A DNA stretch of 37,926 nucleotides from a virus (Duplodnaviria; Caudoviricetes): IMG/VR virus record IMGVR_UViG_3300008120_000130, positions 1-37,926 of that record; one strand, 5' to 3'. The notes beneath the pieces are model-generated. The model searched no databases. It had not been told where the DNA came from and saw nothing but the letters and a program-made list of their open reading frames with translations. The position numbers and the translations under genes are program-made. Below, in pieces: positions 8,300 to 18,000 of this stretch (positions are counted from its first letter, which is position 1; each line of letters begins with the position of its first letter).

Positions 8300-10315
8300 A
8301 TGGCGTGGAACTCATCAACATCTAATAAGGGCGCGTCCGCGCCCAGTGGCAAGGCTCTAGGTCCTGGCGCACCCATAGCAATGAACCCTGGCCTTGCTGG
8401 CAATGCTTACCACGACATGTGGGACATTGAGCGTGCATACCGCGAAGGTATGCAGAAGGTCACTTGGGTTTCAAGGTGTATTGACGCTATTGCTGGAAAC
8501 CAGGCGCGACTTCCAATCATCTTGCGAAAAGACAACTCTAGGGACGGTGAAATCCTTACAGGTCGCCGTGCGCTTCGCTCTCCACTCCTTGAAATCTTGA
8601 ATACAAAGTCAAACATCGGTGAAAACTCATTTATTTTCCGATACAGACTCTCTTCACAATTGATGCTCAGCACGCGCGGTGCATTTATTGAAAAGGTAAG
8701 AGGACGCGATGGACGAATCATTGGACTCAACCTGCTTCCACCGCAACACACATCACCGATTCCATGCCCACGCAGATTCGTTTCTGGTTACGAAGTAGCG
8801 ATGCCTCAAGGCGACAAGATAATCCTCAAGCCAGAAGATGTATGTTGGGTTCGTCGTCCGCACCCGCTTGACCCATACCTGTCGCTAACACCAATGGAAT
8901 CTGCTGGCGTAGCGATTGAGATTGAGAACTTGGCGAAAGTTTATAACAGGAACTACCTCTTGAATGATGGTCGTCCTGGCGGAATCCTTGTCGTTAAGGG
9001 CGAAATTGACGACGACGATAAAGATGAATTGCGCAATAGATTCAGAGGCAACTTGACGAGAGTTGGCTCAACGACTGTTATTTCCGCAGACGATGGTGTT
9101 GACTATGTTGATACATCAGCCAACCCACGAGATGCCGCTTATGTTCAAATGCGACAAATTCAAAAAGAAGAAATTCTTGCAGCGTTTGGTGTCCCAGAGT
9201 CAGTAATTGGAAATGCTTCTGGCAGAACCTTCAGCAACGCAGCAGAAGAACATCGTGTTTTCTGGAACGAGACCATGCTCCCGCACCTTGACCTGCTCGG
9301 TCGTGCTTTGGACGAATTAGATGAAGTGAACTATGTTGACTTTGATACATCAAATGTTCCAATTTTGATTCTTTACAAACAAGAACGCTCGCGCTATCAC
9401 CTTGACGAATTCAATGCTGGTCTATTGAGCGCGAATGAGTATCGCGGCTCAACTGGTCGCAAGACCGTTAAGAGTGACTTGGCTGATTCTCTGTTGATGA
9501 ATCCCAACCTTACGCCAATTGCCAACACCGAAAAAGAGATGGAACAAGCCGCACAAGGTGCAATGCCAGGAATGCCAGGAATGCCACCAGGCGCTCCAGG
9601 GATGCCACCAGAAATGCCAGGAATGCCACCAGGGGCACCAGGCGCTCCAGGAATTGAAGTTGCACCAGATGGAAGCATGGCAAGCCCTCTTGACCCTAAT
9701 ACCATGGCTGGTTCTCTCGCAGCAGCACAAGGCGCCCCAGCGGGAGCGGCTCCAGAGACAGGAATGGCTCCGCCACCAGGCGCGGTCGCATCGGCTGAAC
9801 CGTTTGGTGGAATTGAGACAAAACAGGAAAATCTTGAACTTGAGCGCTGGAAAGAAATCCTTGGCCGCAGTTTTGAGCGAGTGATTGAGCGCCAGCAGCG
9901 AGTGACAATGGAAAAAGTTAACGGCATGAAGTCAAAGAAGGCTCTTGCCGCTGGAACTCTGGATATTGAGGCAATCTTCTCTGTTGAGACATGGGATAAG
10001 CAGATGGAAGAAGATATTCGTCCAGTAATTGCAACAATCATCCAAGACTCTCAAGAGACATCAAAGAAATCACTCAACAAGGTTGATGTCATTTCCCAGA
10101 TTGATTCACACATATCTAGATTCAAAAAAGTCAACGCTGATACTCACGAACAACTCGTATCTGCGTACATGGCGGCACTTCCAGTTCCCAACGAAGACAA
10201 CAGAAGCACAGTGTTTAGGGCTTCGTGCGTAGGTATTTTCACAAACCTATTGGCTAAAACGAAATACGAACTTTCAAGTGCAGAAGCACGACGCGCATGG
10301 GGATTTGCAAGTTAA
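8300..10315 (+). CDS. HK97-family portal protein with Pro/Gly/Met linker and C-terminal extension
   Basis: V.RCIDAIA...ARLP, N.GRPGGIL, I.AAFGVP...G, FSNA.E and NEYR motifs. Confidence 0.92.
   Translation: MAWNSSTSNKGASAPSGKALGPGAPIAMNPGLAGNAYHDMWDIERAYREGMQKVTWVSRCIDAIAGNQARLPIILRKDNSRDGEILTGRRALRSPLLEILNTKSNIGENSFIFRYRLSSQLMLSTRGAFIEKVRGRDGRIIGLNLLPPQHTSPIPCPRRFVSGYEVAMPQGDKIILKPEDVCWVRRPHPLDPYLSLTPMESAGVAIEIENLAKVYNRNYLLNDGRPGGILVVKGEIDDDDKDELRNRFRGNLTRVGSTTVISADDGVDYVDTSANPRDAAYVQMRQIQKEEILAAFGVPESVIGNASGRTFSNAAEEHRVFWNETMLPHLDLLGRALDELDEVNYVDFDTSNVPILILYKQERSRYHLDEFNAGLLSANEYRGSTGRKTVKSDLADSLLMNPNLTPIANTEKEMEQAAQGAMPGMPGMPPGAPGMPPEMPGMPPGAPGAPGIEVAPDGSMASPLDPNTMAGSLAAAQGAPAGAAPETGMAPPPGAVASAEPFGGIETKQENLELERWKEILGRSFERVIERQQRVTMEKVNGMKSKKALAAGTLDIEAIFSVETWDKQMEEDIRPVIATIIQDSQETSKKSLNKVDVISQIDSHISRFKKVNADTHEQLVSAYMAALPVPNEDNRSTVFRASCVGIFTNLLAKTKYELSSAEARRAWGFAS
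9562..9652 (+). repeat. Imperfect in-frame tandem repeats (ATGCCAGGA / ATGCCACCA) encoding MPG/MPP/APG
   Basis: Directly visible in the sequence; low-complexity linker within the portal. Confidence 0.8.
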
Positions 10316-10412
10316 TTTCAGTAATTAATATAGTTTACTGAAACTATAAGAAATACTTGCTGCAATTGGTGGCATCTGTCGTTTATTATCGTTAGTACGC
10401 AAGGACGGCATC

Positions 10413-13400
10413 ATGTACAACGAAATTCAATTCAAAGCAAACTCTGGTCAGGTGAACATTGACCAAGCAGAAGGCATTGTTGAATGTTTCGTCGCTGGAA
10501 TTGGCAATAAAGACTCCGTTGGTGACATTGTTCTTTCAGGAGCATTTTCAAAGAGCCTTATGCGTCGCAAGCCTCGTGTTGTCTGGGGCCACAACTGGAA
10601 TGACCCAATCGGTAAGGTTCTAGAAATTTACGAAGTTCCACCTAGCGACCCGCGCCTTCCAGCAAAAATGAAGATGGCTGGAATTGGTGGCTTGTTCGCA
10701 AAAGTACAATTCAATCTCAACTCAGAAAAAGGACGAGAGGCATTTGCCAATGTTGCTTTTTTCGGAGTTGAACAAGAGTGGTCAATTGGATACAAAACGC
10801 TTGATGCAATTTTTGACAACACGCGCCAAGCAAACCTCCTAAGAGAGGTTGAACTTTACGAGGTTTCGCCAGTTCTTCACGGTGCAAACCAGTTGACTGG
10901 AACAATCTCCGTTAAGAGCGACGAAGAGAAGATGCACATGATGGGCGGCATGGGAATGCCTAGCACGATTGTTATTGCACGACCAGAAGACGAAGGTCCA
11001 CAAGAGCCTCGCGACCCATTCGCAATGGGTATTGCGCAACCTCTATCAGATGACCGTCGTGCAGGACTTCAGCAAGAACTGGTGAGCCGAACTGGTGGAC
11101 CAATTCATGTTCTTAAAGCAACTGAATCATCTGTTGTTTTCATGAAGCCAGGTCGTGGATTATTTAGACTCAGTTACTACTTTGACGGCGAGCAGTTCAT
11201 GTTCGGCAAGCCAGAGCCAATGGGTCAGAAGCCAGTTTCCGTAATTCCAAGCGTTGGACCAAAGCCAAATCTTTCTGGCCCAACTGCAATTCCTGGAATC
11301 AGCGGAAAGCCAAATATCCCGTCCCCAGCGATGCAGTATGCGTCACCACCTCCAACAGGAGATGCAAGTTTGGTCTTTGGGGCAGTACGACCAAAGGGCA
11401 CCGAGAAATCACTTGAAGAAGAAATTGATATGTTGCTTGAAAAGATTGATAGCGATGAAAAGATGTCAATTAAGTCGGATGCAATTGAAAAACTTAATTC
11501 AGTAGTGCGGACCCTTCAGGAAATCATTGGTGTTGAGACAACTGAAAAGTCTGAACTTCTAATTGAATGCGCCCCAGAGCACGCTTTTGAAGCAAAGCAA
11601 CTCCTTGACCCAGTTTTTGAATACCACCAAGTTGAAACGCTTGTCACGGAAAACGGAATCTTAATCACATCGGACATTGACCTTGACGCATACCAGGCAA
11701 TTGAGACTGCAACAAAGTCTTTGTTTGGGCGTATCGGGCGCAGAATAGGGCCTGGTGGTCCAAAAAAAGGTAGGCGCGCAACGCGCGCTCTCACCCAGAT
11801 AGACGGAGTCCTGGACCCGAAAAAGCGTCGCGATGTTGATGGCGACGGCATGATTTTTGATGGAACTTGGCGTGAAATGCCAGCCCCAGCAAAGCCAGCG
11901 ATGACAACTGGACTTCAATCCAGAAGGGCAAATACCGTTCCAACGGCTGAACCGAAGTTAAATGTTCGCCTCACTCGCACGCAAGCAACAAAAATGCTTG
12001 ATGGAATTAAAAAACTTTCTGGAAGCGAATCAGAAGGACCATTGAAGAACCTTCTTGACGAGATTGAGCGTCGCAAATACATTGGCGACCCAAACATTTC
12101 ACCAAGCATGCTTGATTCAGCGCTTGAAGAAATAAGCAAGCGAAAGTCAAACGGCGAGGCTGTTGACAAATTCCTTGAAGACGCATTGAACGAAATGAAA
12201 ACCACTGGTGCGTTTGGACAGAATAATGCCCGTAGTCGCGCTGGTAGGCCGACTGGTGCTGCGGCTCCAAAGAAAGAGGGACAGCAGAACTTCGCTGGGT
12301 ACTCGTTTGAGAAAGTGAAGCCAGAAGGTTGGGATTTAATGTCCCTTGAAGATAAAGAAAATTGGCTTGCCACATCCTCGTCTACCGCCAATTTGGCCAC
12401 ACGAGACAGAGACAGACTTCTTGCACAGGTGTACGAAGAAATGGACAGGCGTGACCGAAGGACTCAGGCTCGTCAGCGTGCGGCTGGACGCGCAGCATCT
12501 GCTCCAGAAGAAGCACCAAAACCAAAGCCAGAAGCGAAGCCAAAAGCAAAGCCAGAGCCAAAGGCATCACCGCAAAGTGATGACGACCTCACCATAGACC
12601 AGGCTCTATTGCGCAAAAATTACGCTTCTCTGACCGATGACGAAAAAGAAGAAGTTGATGCCTACGAGGCTGGAGTAATTGGCAAATTGACCGAACGCCT
12701 TCGCGCTACTAACGCCAAACTTAACGAGACTGGAAAGAACGATGTCGCCGAACTGGTGGACGGAACCCTCTCCGAGATTGACAATGCCCTTGGTGATGGA
12801 GCAACTAAAGAAGCCATAAATGACGCGCAAGACGCCATTGCAAAACTCCTCAAAGAACTGAACACTTCATACGGTCCAAAGCCAAAGAAGCCAAAGGCGG
12901 AGGAAGAGGGTCAAGAAGTAAAGCCAGACAAGATTTCTAGCGCTGCTGGAAAGTTTAGGAGTTATTTCACGACCGTCAACGAGGCCTTGGACAAGATGCT
13001 GGCACGCCGTGCATCGTCGGCCGATAGGGGCGACGAAGGAGAACTAGACCTCTCCGAGCGGGCGGTATCTGCTCGCGTTCGTGGTTTTGATGAAACAGAC
13101 ATACCAAATAGGTTTGAAAACTCGCTCAAGTTTGCTCGCTCATATCAGGATGCCCGTTCACGCCGTAAGACTTCTGGTGCTGGTATGGTTCGTCAGAACA
13201 GGACACCAGGCGGACTGCGTTCCGACAGGGGCAAAGTTGAACCACGCACGGAAATTATCGCTGAAGCCACATGGTGGAAGAAAATTGAAGACTCGCTTCC
13301 AAAGGAAATACGAGAAGCAAAAGACAAGGCAACATCTGACGCTCTTACTAGGCTGTCCACGCTTCTCAAGCGTCAAGAGTCTGGAAAAACTGGCTCCCGC

Positions 13401-13607
13401 AGAACCAATGTTGGAACCTTGAATGTCACTCAAAGCGAAGCGGACTCAATCCTTGATGCTGTAATGACTGTTCTTGACCGACAGATTGAAAAAGGCGGTT
13501 CGCGAGGAGATATTTTCGCTGAACTTCTGGAGAAGATTGCACAGTCGTCAATGTCTACATTTATAGAAAAAGCAACTCCATCAGCAGAAAAACCGAAAAG
13601 AAACTAG
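10413..13607 (+). CDS. HK97-type prohead protease with ~900 aa C-terminal extension
   Basis: D..GDIV..GAF..SL, WGHNW..PIGK, WSIGY and L.EV.LYEVSPV..GAN in the first ~165 aa; the DGDG tag lies at 11814. Confidence 0.9.
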   Translation: MYNEIQFKANSGQVNIDQAEGIVECFVAGIGNKDSVGDIVLSGAFSKSLMRRKPRVVWGHNWNDPIGKVLEIYEVPPSDPRLPAKMKMAGIGGLFAKVQFNLNSEKGREAFANVAFFGVEQEWSIGYKTLDAIFDNTRQANLLREVELYEVSPVLHGANQLTGTISVKSDEEKMHMMGGMGMPSTIVIARPEDEGPQEPRDPFAMGIAQPLSDDRRAGLQQELVSRTGGPIHVLKATESSVVFMKPGRGLFRLSYYFDGEQFMFGKPEPMGQKPVSVIPSVGPKPNLSGPTAIPGISGKPNIPSPAMQYASPPPTGDASLVFGAVRPKGTEKSLEEEIDMLLEKIDSDEKMSIKSDAIEKLNSVVRTLQEIIGVETTEKSELLIECAPEHAFEAKQLLDPVFEYHQVETLVTENGILITSDIDLDAYQAIETATKSLFGRIGRRIGPGGPKKGRRATRALTQIDGVLDPKKRRDVDGDGMIFDGTWREMPAPAKPAMTTGLQSRRANTVPTAEPKLNVRLTRTQATKMLDGIKKLSGSESEGPLKNLLDEIERRKYIGDPNISPSMLDSALEEISKRKSNGEAVDKFLEDALNEMKTTGAFGQNNARSRAGRPTGAAAPKKEGQQNFAGYSFEKVKPEGWDLMSLEDKENWLATSSSTANLATRDRDRLLAQVYEEMDRRDRRTQARQRAAGRAASAPEEAPKPKPEAKPKAKPEPKASPQSDDDLTIDQALLRKNYASLTDDEKEEVDAYEAGVIGKLTERLRATNAKLNETGKNDVAELVDGTLSEIDNALGDGATKEAINDAQDAIAKLLKELNTSYGPKPKKPKAEEEGQEVKPDKISSAAGKFRSYFTTVNEALDKMLARRASSADRGDEGELDLSERAVSARVRGFDETDIPNRFENSLKFARSYQDARSRRKTSGAGMVRQNRTPGGLRSDRGKVEPRTEIIAEATWWKKIEDSLPKEIREAKDKATSDALTRLSTLLKRQESGKTGSRRTNVGTLNVTQSEADSILDAVMTVLDRQIEKGGSRGDIFAELLEKIAQSSMSTFIEKATPSAEKPKRN
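11814..11888 (+). repeat. DGDG tag copy 1 (DPKKRRDVDGDGMIFDGTWREMPAP)
   Basis: Dispersed in-frame peptide repeat, inside the prohead protease gene. Confidence 0.95.
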
Positions 13608-13764
13608 TTTGACAAGAAATCGCGATTAAAGCGATAGTTCCGCCATATAACACGCGGTGAAGTATAATTTGTCAAATAGAAATTTTCATATAACGAGGTT
13701 AGTGATGTTGTCGCGTCAGCGACTTCGTTTCTTTCTGCGGCAACACTTCTAAGGAGTTAGTAAA

Positions 13765-15033
13765 ATGGGCGAGTACGGCGATAAAGCAGTAGTAAAGATT
13801 GATGCTGACGGTTCGGTGCTCAAGTGCGCTAAATCTCTTGGTGCCGATGAATGCGGTTTTACCCCTGGCGCAAAAGTTTGCGGTAAGTGCGGAGCAATGC
13901 CTGTTCAAATGAAGGCAATGATGGAAGAAGACGAAGAAGAAATGCCAGAAGAGGAAATGACTGAGGACATTTCTTCAGATGAGGAAATGCCTGCTCCAGC
14001 GCCAAAGAAGAAGCCTGCTATGGCGATGATGGACGAAGACGAAGAAGAGGAAGAAGAAGACGAAGAGGAAATGCCAGCGTCAAACGACATGGAAGAAATG
14101 CGCACTCGTCGTCTTGCCTCAATGGGAATGAAGTCCGCAGATGTTGGTCGCACTGGATACCTCTGCGCCGTTGACCGCAAGGTTTACCCAGGCGGAACTG
14201 GCGTGTGCGACGACTGCCCAGGTGGCTGTGTTTCCGAAAAGGGAATGCCAGGACTGCTTCATGTTGAAGGTCTTGCAGAAGACATGTTTGAAGGAAAAGT
14301 TCTTGATTCTGGCTACTCGGCAGAAGCAGACATGTTTGTCGTTGATGTTCAAGCAAAAGACGGTCGTGCAGTAGAAGTTTTCGTTGATGGAACAAACGGC
14401 GAAGTTCTTGGTTGGCACAAACTTGACCAAGACGCATTTGAGCAAAAGTCACTTCTTGATGAAATGATGCTCATTGACTTCAACGAAGCAGCAGAAATTG
14501 CGGTCAAGTCAATTGAGGGAAGCGTAGTTGCTGTAGAGCCAGATGTGTTTGAAGGCTACGACGCATACGCTGTTGAAATTGACGGCATTGATGGCAAGTC
14601 TTACGATGTGTTCGTTGCTCTTGACGGTGAAGTACTTGGATACGACAAGTACGAGCCAGAAGAAGCAGAAGACATTGAGGCAGAAGCAGCAGAGATTGCT
14701 CTCAAGCGTGCATTCACAGAAGACCAGCGCACTGCAATGGCAAAAGAGGGGAATGCACTGCCAGATGGTTCGTACCCAATCGCAAGCAAGAGCGATTTGC
14801 AAAATGCCATTTCCGCATACGGTCGCGCGAAGGACAAGGATGCTGCAAAGCGTCACATCATGAAGCGTGCAAAAGAACTCGGTGCTGAAAGCATGATTCC
14901 AGCGAACTGGGTTGCTGGTGGCGCAGAAATGAGCAAGAAGGATGACGACAGCATTGAAGTCGCTGACAACAGTTTCATGGCATCACTGCTTGAGTTTGAA
15001 TTGCTCAATGCCGAAGAAGATAACAACCTCTAA
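13765..15033 (+). CDS. Head-associated protein: Cys-rich modules, acidic linker, two PepSY-like repeats, C-terminal ALPDGSYPI domain
   Basis: C..C pairs, poly-E/D tract, two repeats ending (EV/DV)FV..(TN/D)GEVLG; the second starts IDFNEAAEIA as in PepSY. Confidence 0.7.
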   Translation: MGEYGDKAVVKIDADGSVLKCAKSLGADECGFTPGAKVCGKCGAMPVQMKAMMEEDEEEMPEEEMTEDISSDEEMPAPAPKKKPAMAMMDEDEEEEEEDEEEMPASNDMEEMRTRRLASMGMKSADVGRTGYLCAVDRKVYPGGTGVCDDCPGGCVSEKGMPGLLHVEGLAEDMFEGKVLDSGYSAEADMFVVDVQAKDGRAVEVFVDGTNGEVLGWHKLDQDAFEQKSLLDEMMLIDFNEAAEIAVKSIEGSVVAVEPDVFEGYDAYAVEIDGIDGKSYDVFVALDGEVLGYDKYEPEEAEDIEAEAAEIALKRAFTEDQRTAMAKEGNALPDGSYPIASKSDLQNAISAYGRAKDKDAAKRHIMKRAKELGAESMIPANWVAGGAEMSKKDDDSIEVADNSFMASLLEFELLNAEEDNNL

Positions 15034-15071
15034 AAAGAATCAAAAACAGATTCTAGAAATTGGAGCCCGTC

Positions 15072-18000
15072 ATGACGGGTAAATCACTTCGCCTTACACG
15101 CATGCTTGTAAGCAAGAAGTTTGCACCGCCAAAATCAGCAGACGAACGCGCTCTTGAATTCCTTGCATCCAAAAAAGAGATTGTTTCAAAATCCTTTGAC
15201 GCCGAACTTTCAGTTAAAGCACTAGGCAAAAATACTGGCAAGAAGCCGCCATCGGCCGACAACAAAGAAAAGCGCAAGAAGGGCAAAGGGCCAAATAAAA
15301 GATTTGGTCTTGCAGTTTTTGACCCTAATGCAAAAAAGAAAACAGGGCAGATTTTTATTCCCTGGATTGCACAGTGGGGGCGGACTGGAAGTGACGAGTA
15401 CCCAAACTTTGGCTGGATAGACCCTATTAAGGAACTAAAGCCAAACCAAACAAATGCCCGAATGTTTCAGGCCAGCGAGAAAAAGAAAAACGGAGTCAGC
15501 GTCACATACTCAGATGTTGTGCGCAATCCACGGACTGGCGAGTTTGATACGAAGTCTCTCGGACGAACGATTGGTCAGTTGGTTCCTGGCGGAGAAATAG
15601 CAACAAGAGCGGCTTCCGCGCTTGGTCTTTGGCAGGATGCTGCTGGGAAGTTGCGTTGCCCTCCTGGAGTTCCTGCTGCTAACCAATTCACCGACTCGTC
15701 TGGCTCAAACTGTTTTGACATTACCGAAGGAATGGCAAGCCGACTTTTGAGGTCTGCAATAAATCAAGGTATGTCATTGCTTGATGACATGTCACTCCTT
15801 AACGAAGCAATTTCTAGGCCAACAGTTCGTGATGGACGAGGCATGATTGAGCGTGAAAGGGAGTTGGAATCACTGCGAGAGATGCTAAGCGGCTCATCCG
15901 TAGTCCGTGGACTCGCCAGCGCAAAGCCTCGCAGAGAATTCACGAACGGCGAGCGAACTGTTTGGCTGCCCGCTGATGACATGGACCTTATTACAGAAGC
16001 CGCAATTGATGGCTTCAAGCCAACTGGTCGTGTTGATACACCTGCACCCACTAGACCAATTATAAAAGTTGATGCAGTTCCAGAGGAACCGAAGTCGGCG
16101 GATGACCTAATTGGTCCTGACTCATTGCCAATTTCGCGAATTGATGCCAAGTCTTTTGCCGAGGAAGTTCGTGCTCGCGTCCTTGACGCACACCCAGACA
16201 TTACGCCAGAAGAACTTAACAGAATAGTTATGCTTGCTGAACAGAAAGCAAGAATGACAGACGCCATGAATGGGCGGATTGATGTTGCGCTCCAATTGAT
16301 GAAGGACCTCGGCATTGATGTTGACCCAAGTAGCCCGCAAAGCGTTAGCGCTGGATTTATGCGGGCAATGGATGAACTTAGCAAGTCTGGGTGGGATATC
16401 AACTTTGAAAACACCCTCTGGACAGATGTTGACAGAACGCTTTCACGAGAAGAACAAGTTGCGCAACACCACGCAAATGTGCTGAACATGATTGTTCAGA
16501 ACATGGTCAAAGACCCAGAAGGAACACTTGAGGCGAGAGATGCTTCGGTAGTGAAGAGACTATGGGCTGGTCTAAGCAAAAAGAAAAAAGAAGAAGCAGT
16601 TCGTAATGCCACTATGGCGTATCTCAATGGAGATGCTCCAGAAACACTAAAAACAGACCTTGAAAAAGCGCTTCATCGCAACATGGCTCACAGAATGAAC
16701 AACTACCTTGCTGCTGAGCATGGATTTATGTTGGGCATGCTCGCAGAGCACAAGATGAATCCAGGGAAAGCCGAATTGCTCAAGCGCGTTGGCGTTATGG
16801 ACCCAATGGACCCACGCAACGAGGGTATTGAGGCAATGGTTATTCCAGACGCTGATGGGCAAATATCCATGCTGTGGAACCCACTTGGAATGATTCTTGC
16901 CGATAATCCACCAGCACCAAAGAATCCAAAAGCGTGGCGTCTATACGGAACCAGTGGCAGCGGTCTTGAAGTATCAAAAATTGCAGAAGTAAAGAAGACT
17001 GTTGATTCAGCGACAAAGATGGCAATGCTTAACGACATGTTGGGTGGTGATGTTTTTGATGCGATAAAAACTCACGGCTATATGGGCGATATCGCCAAGA
17101 AGCACGGAGGCTCAATCGGTCATGCAATGTTTGTCTTCCAACATGAATTGACGCATGCCCAGCAATACGCGATGGTCATGTACATGATTTCCCACGACAA
17201 AAAGGGTCGTCGCATAACTACCCTCTCAAATGTTGAACTTGCAAAACTTGCAGATGACATAATCACTGGAAATTTCCCTGGCTTGACGATGGAAATGCTG
17301 TTCGCTGACGAAAAAGCAATGGCAGCCGTTCATGGAAAAGTTGGCGTGGTCATGGACTCAATGGTCAGAGAGGGGATGTCTGGCATCTACCCAAGGATGC
17401 ACCTTGAGACAATGCACATCCTCAACAAGATAATGGGTCTTAAAGATGATGAACGACCAGGTTTTATCTCTGACCTTGAGGACAGATTTGCAACACTTCG
17501 CGAGCGGGCTGGATTTGATAAAGACCTAACGCCAGATGAACAGATGGAACTCAAAATCCTTAATCACGCAATCGGCACAATACGCGGAATTGATGAATTT
17601 GATGACGAGCAATTGCAGAATTCGGTTAGGACCCAGCGTGCTCTGATGTTTGCGGAGTCGGCAGCAGAGTTGAACGCCGCACGAGCAATGGGGATAATTG
17701 ACCCAACTGATGAAAAAGTGACTGCCGCACTTGCTCACCTTGATGCACCAATGGACAAGGTCGCAAAAGAAGTTGTAGCCGTAAAGGAATCAAAAAAACG
17801 CAAATGGCTTGAGCGTTTGGTTAGCGCTGTTGAATTATATGACGAGTTGAAGAACACAGAGTTTTCGCTTGAGCAAGCATCTTCTGGCGACGAGCCACTA
17901 ACAATAAATCTTGTTCGTAGGAAGCGCTGGCGCGAAGGCGACAAAATTTTCGTATCCGAAGATGTTGCTCCAGGGGTCCTTACAGTTTCCCTTGAGGAAA

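Noticed and set aside
6755-13607. Inteins or introns explaining the oversized protease or portal
   Set aside because: No intein splice-junction or LAGLIDADG motifs were seen, and the extra sequence is terminal rather than inserted in the conserved domains.
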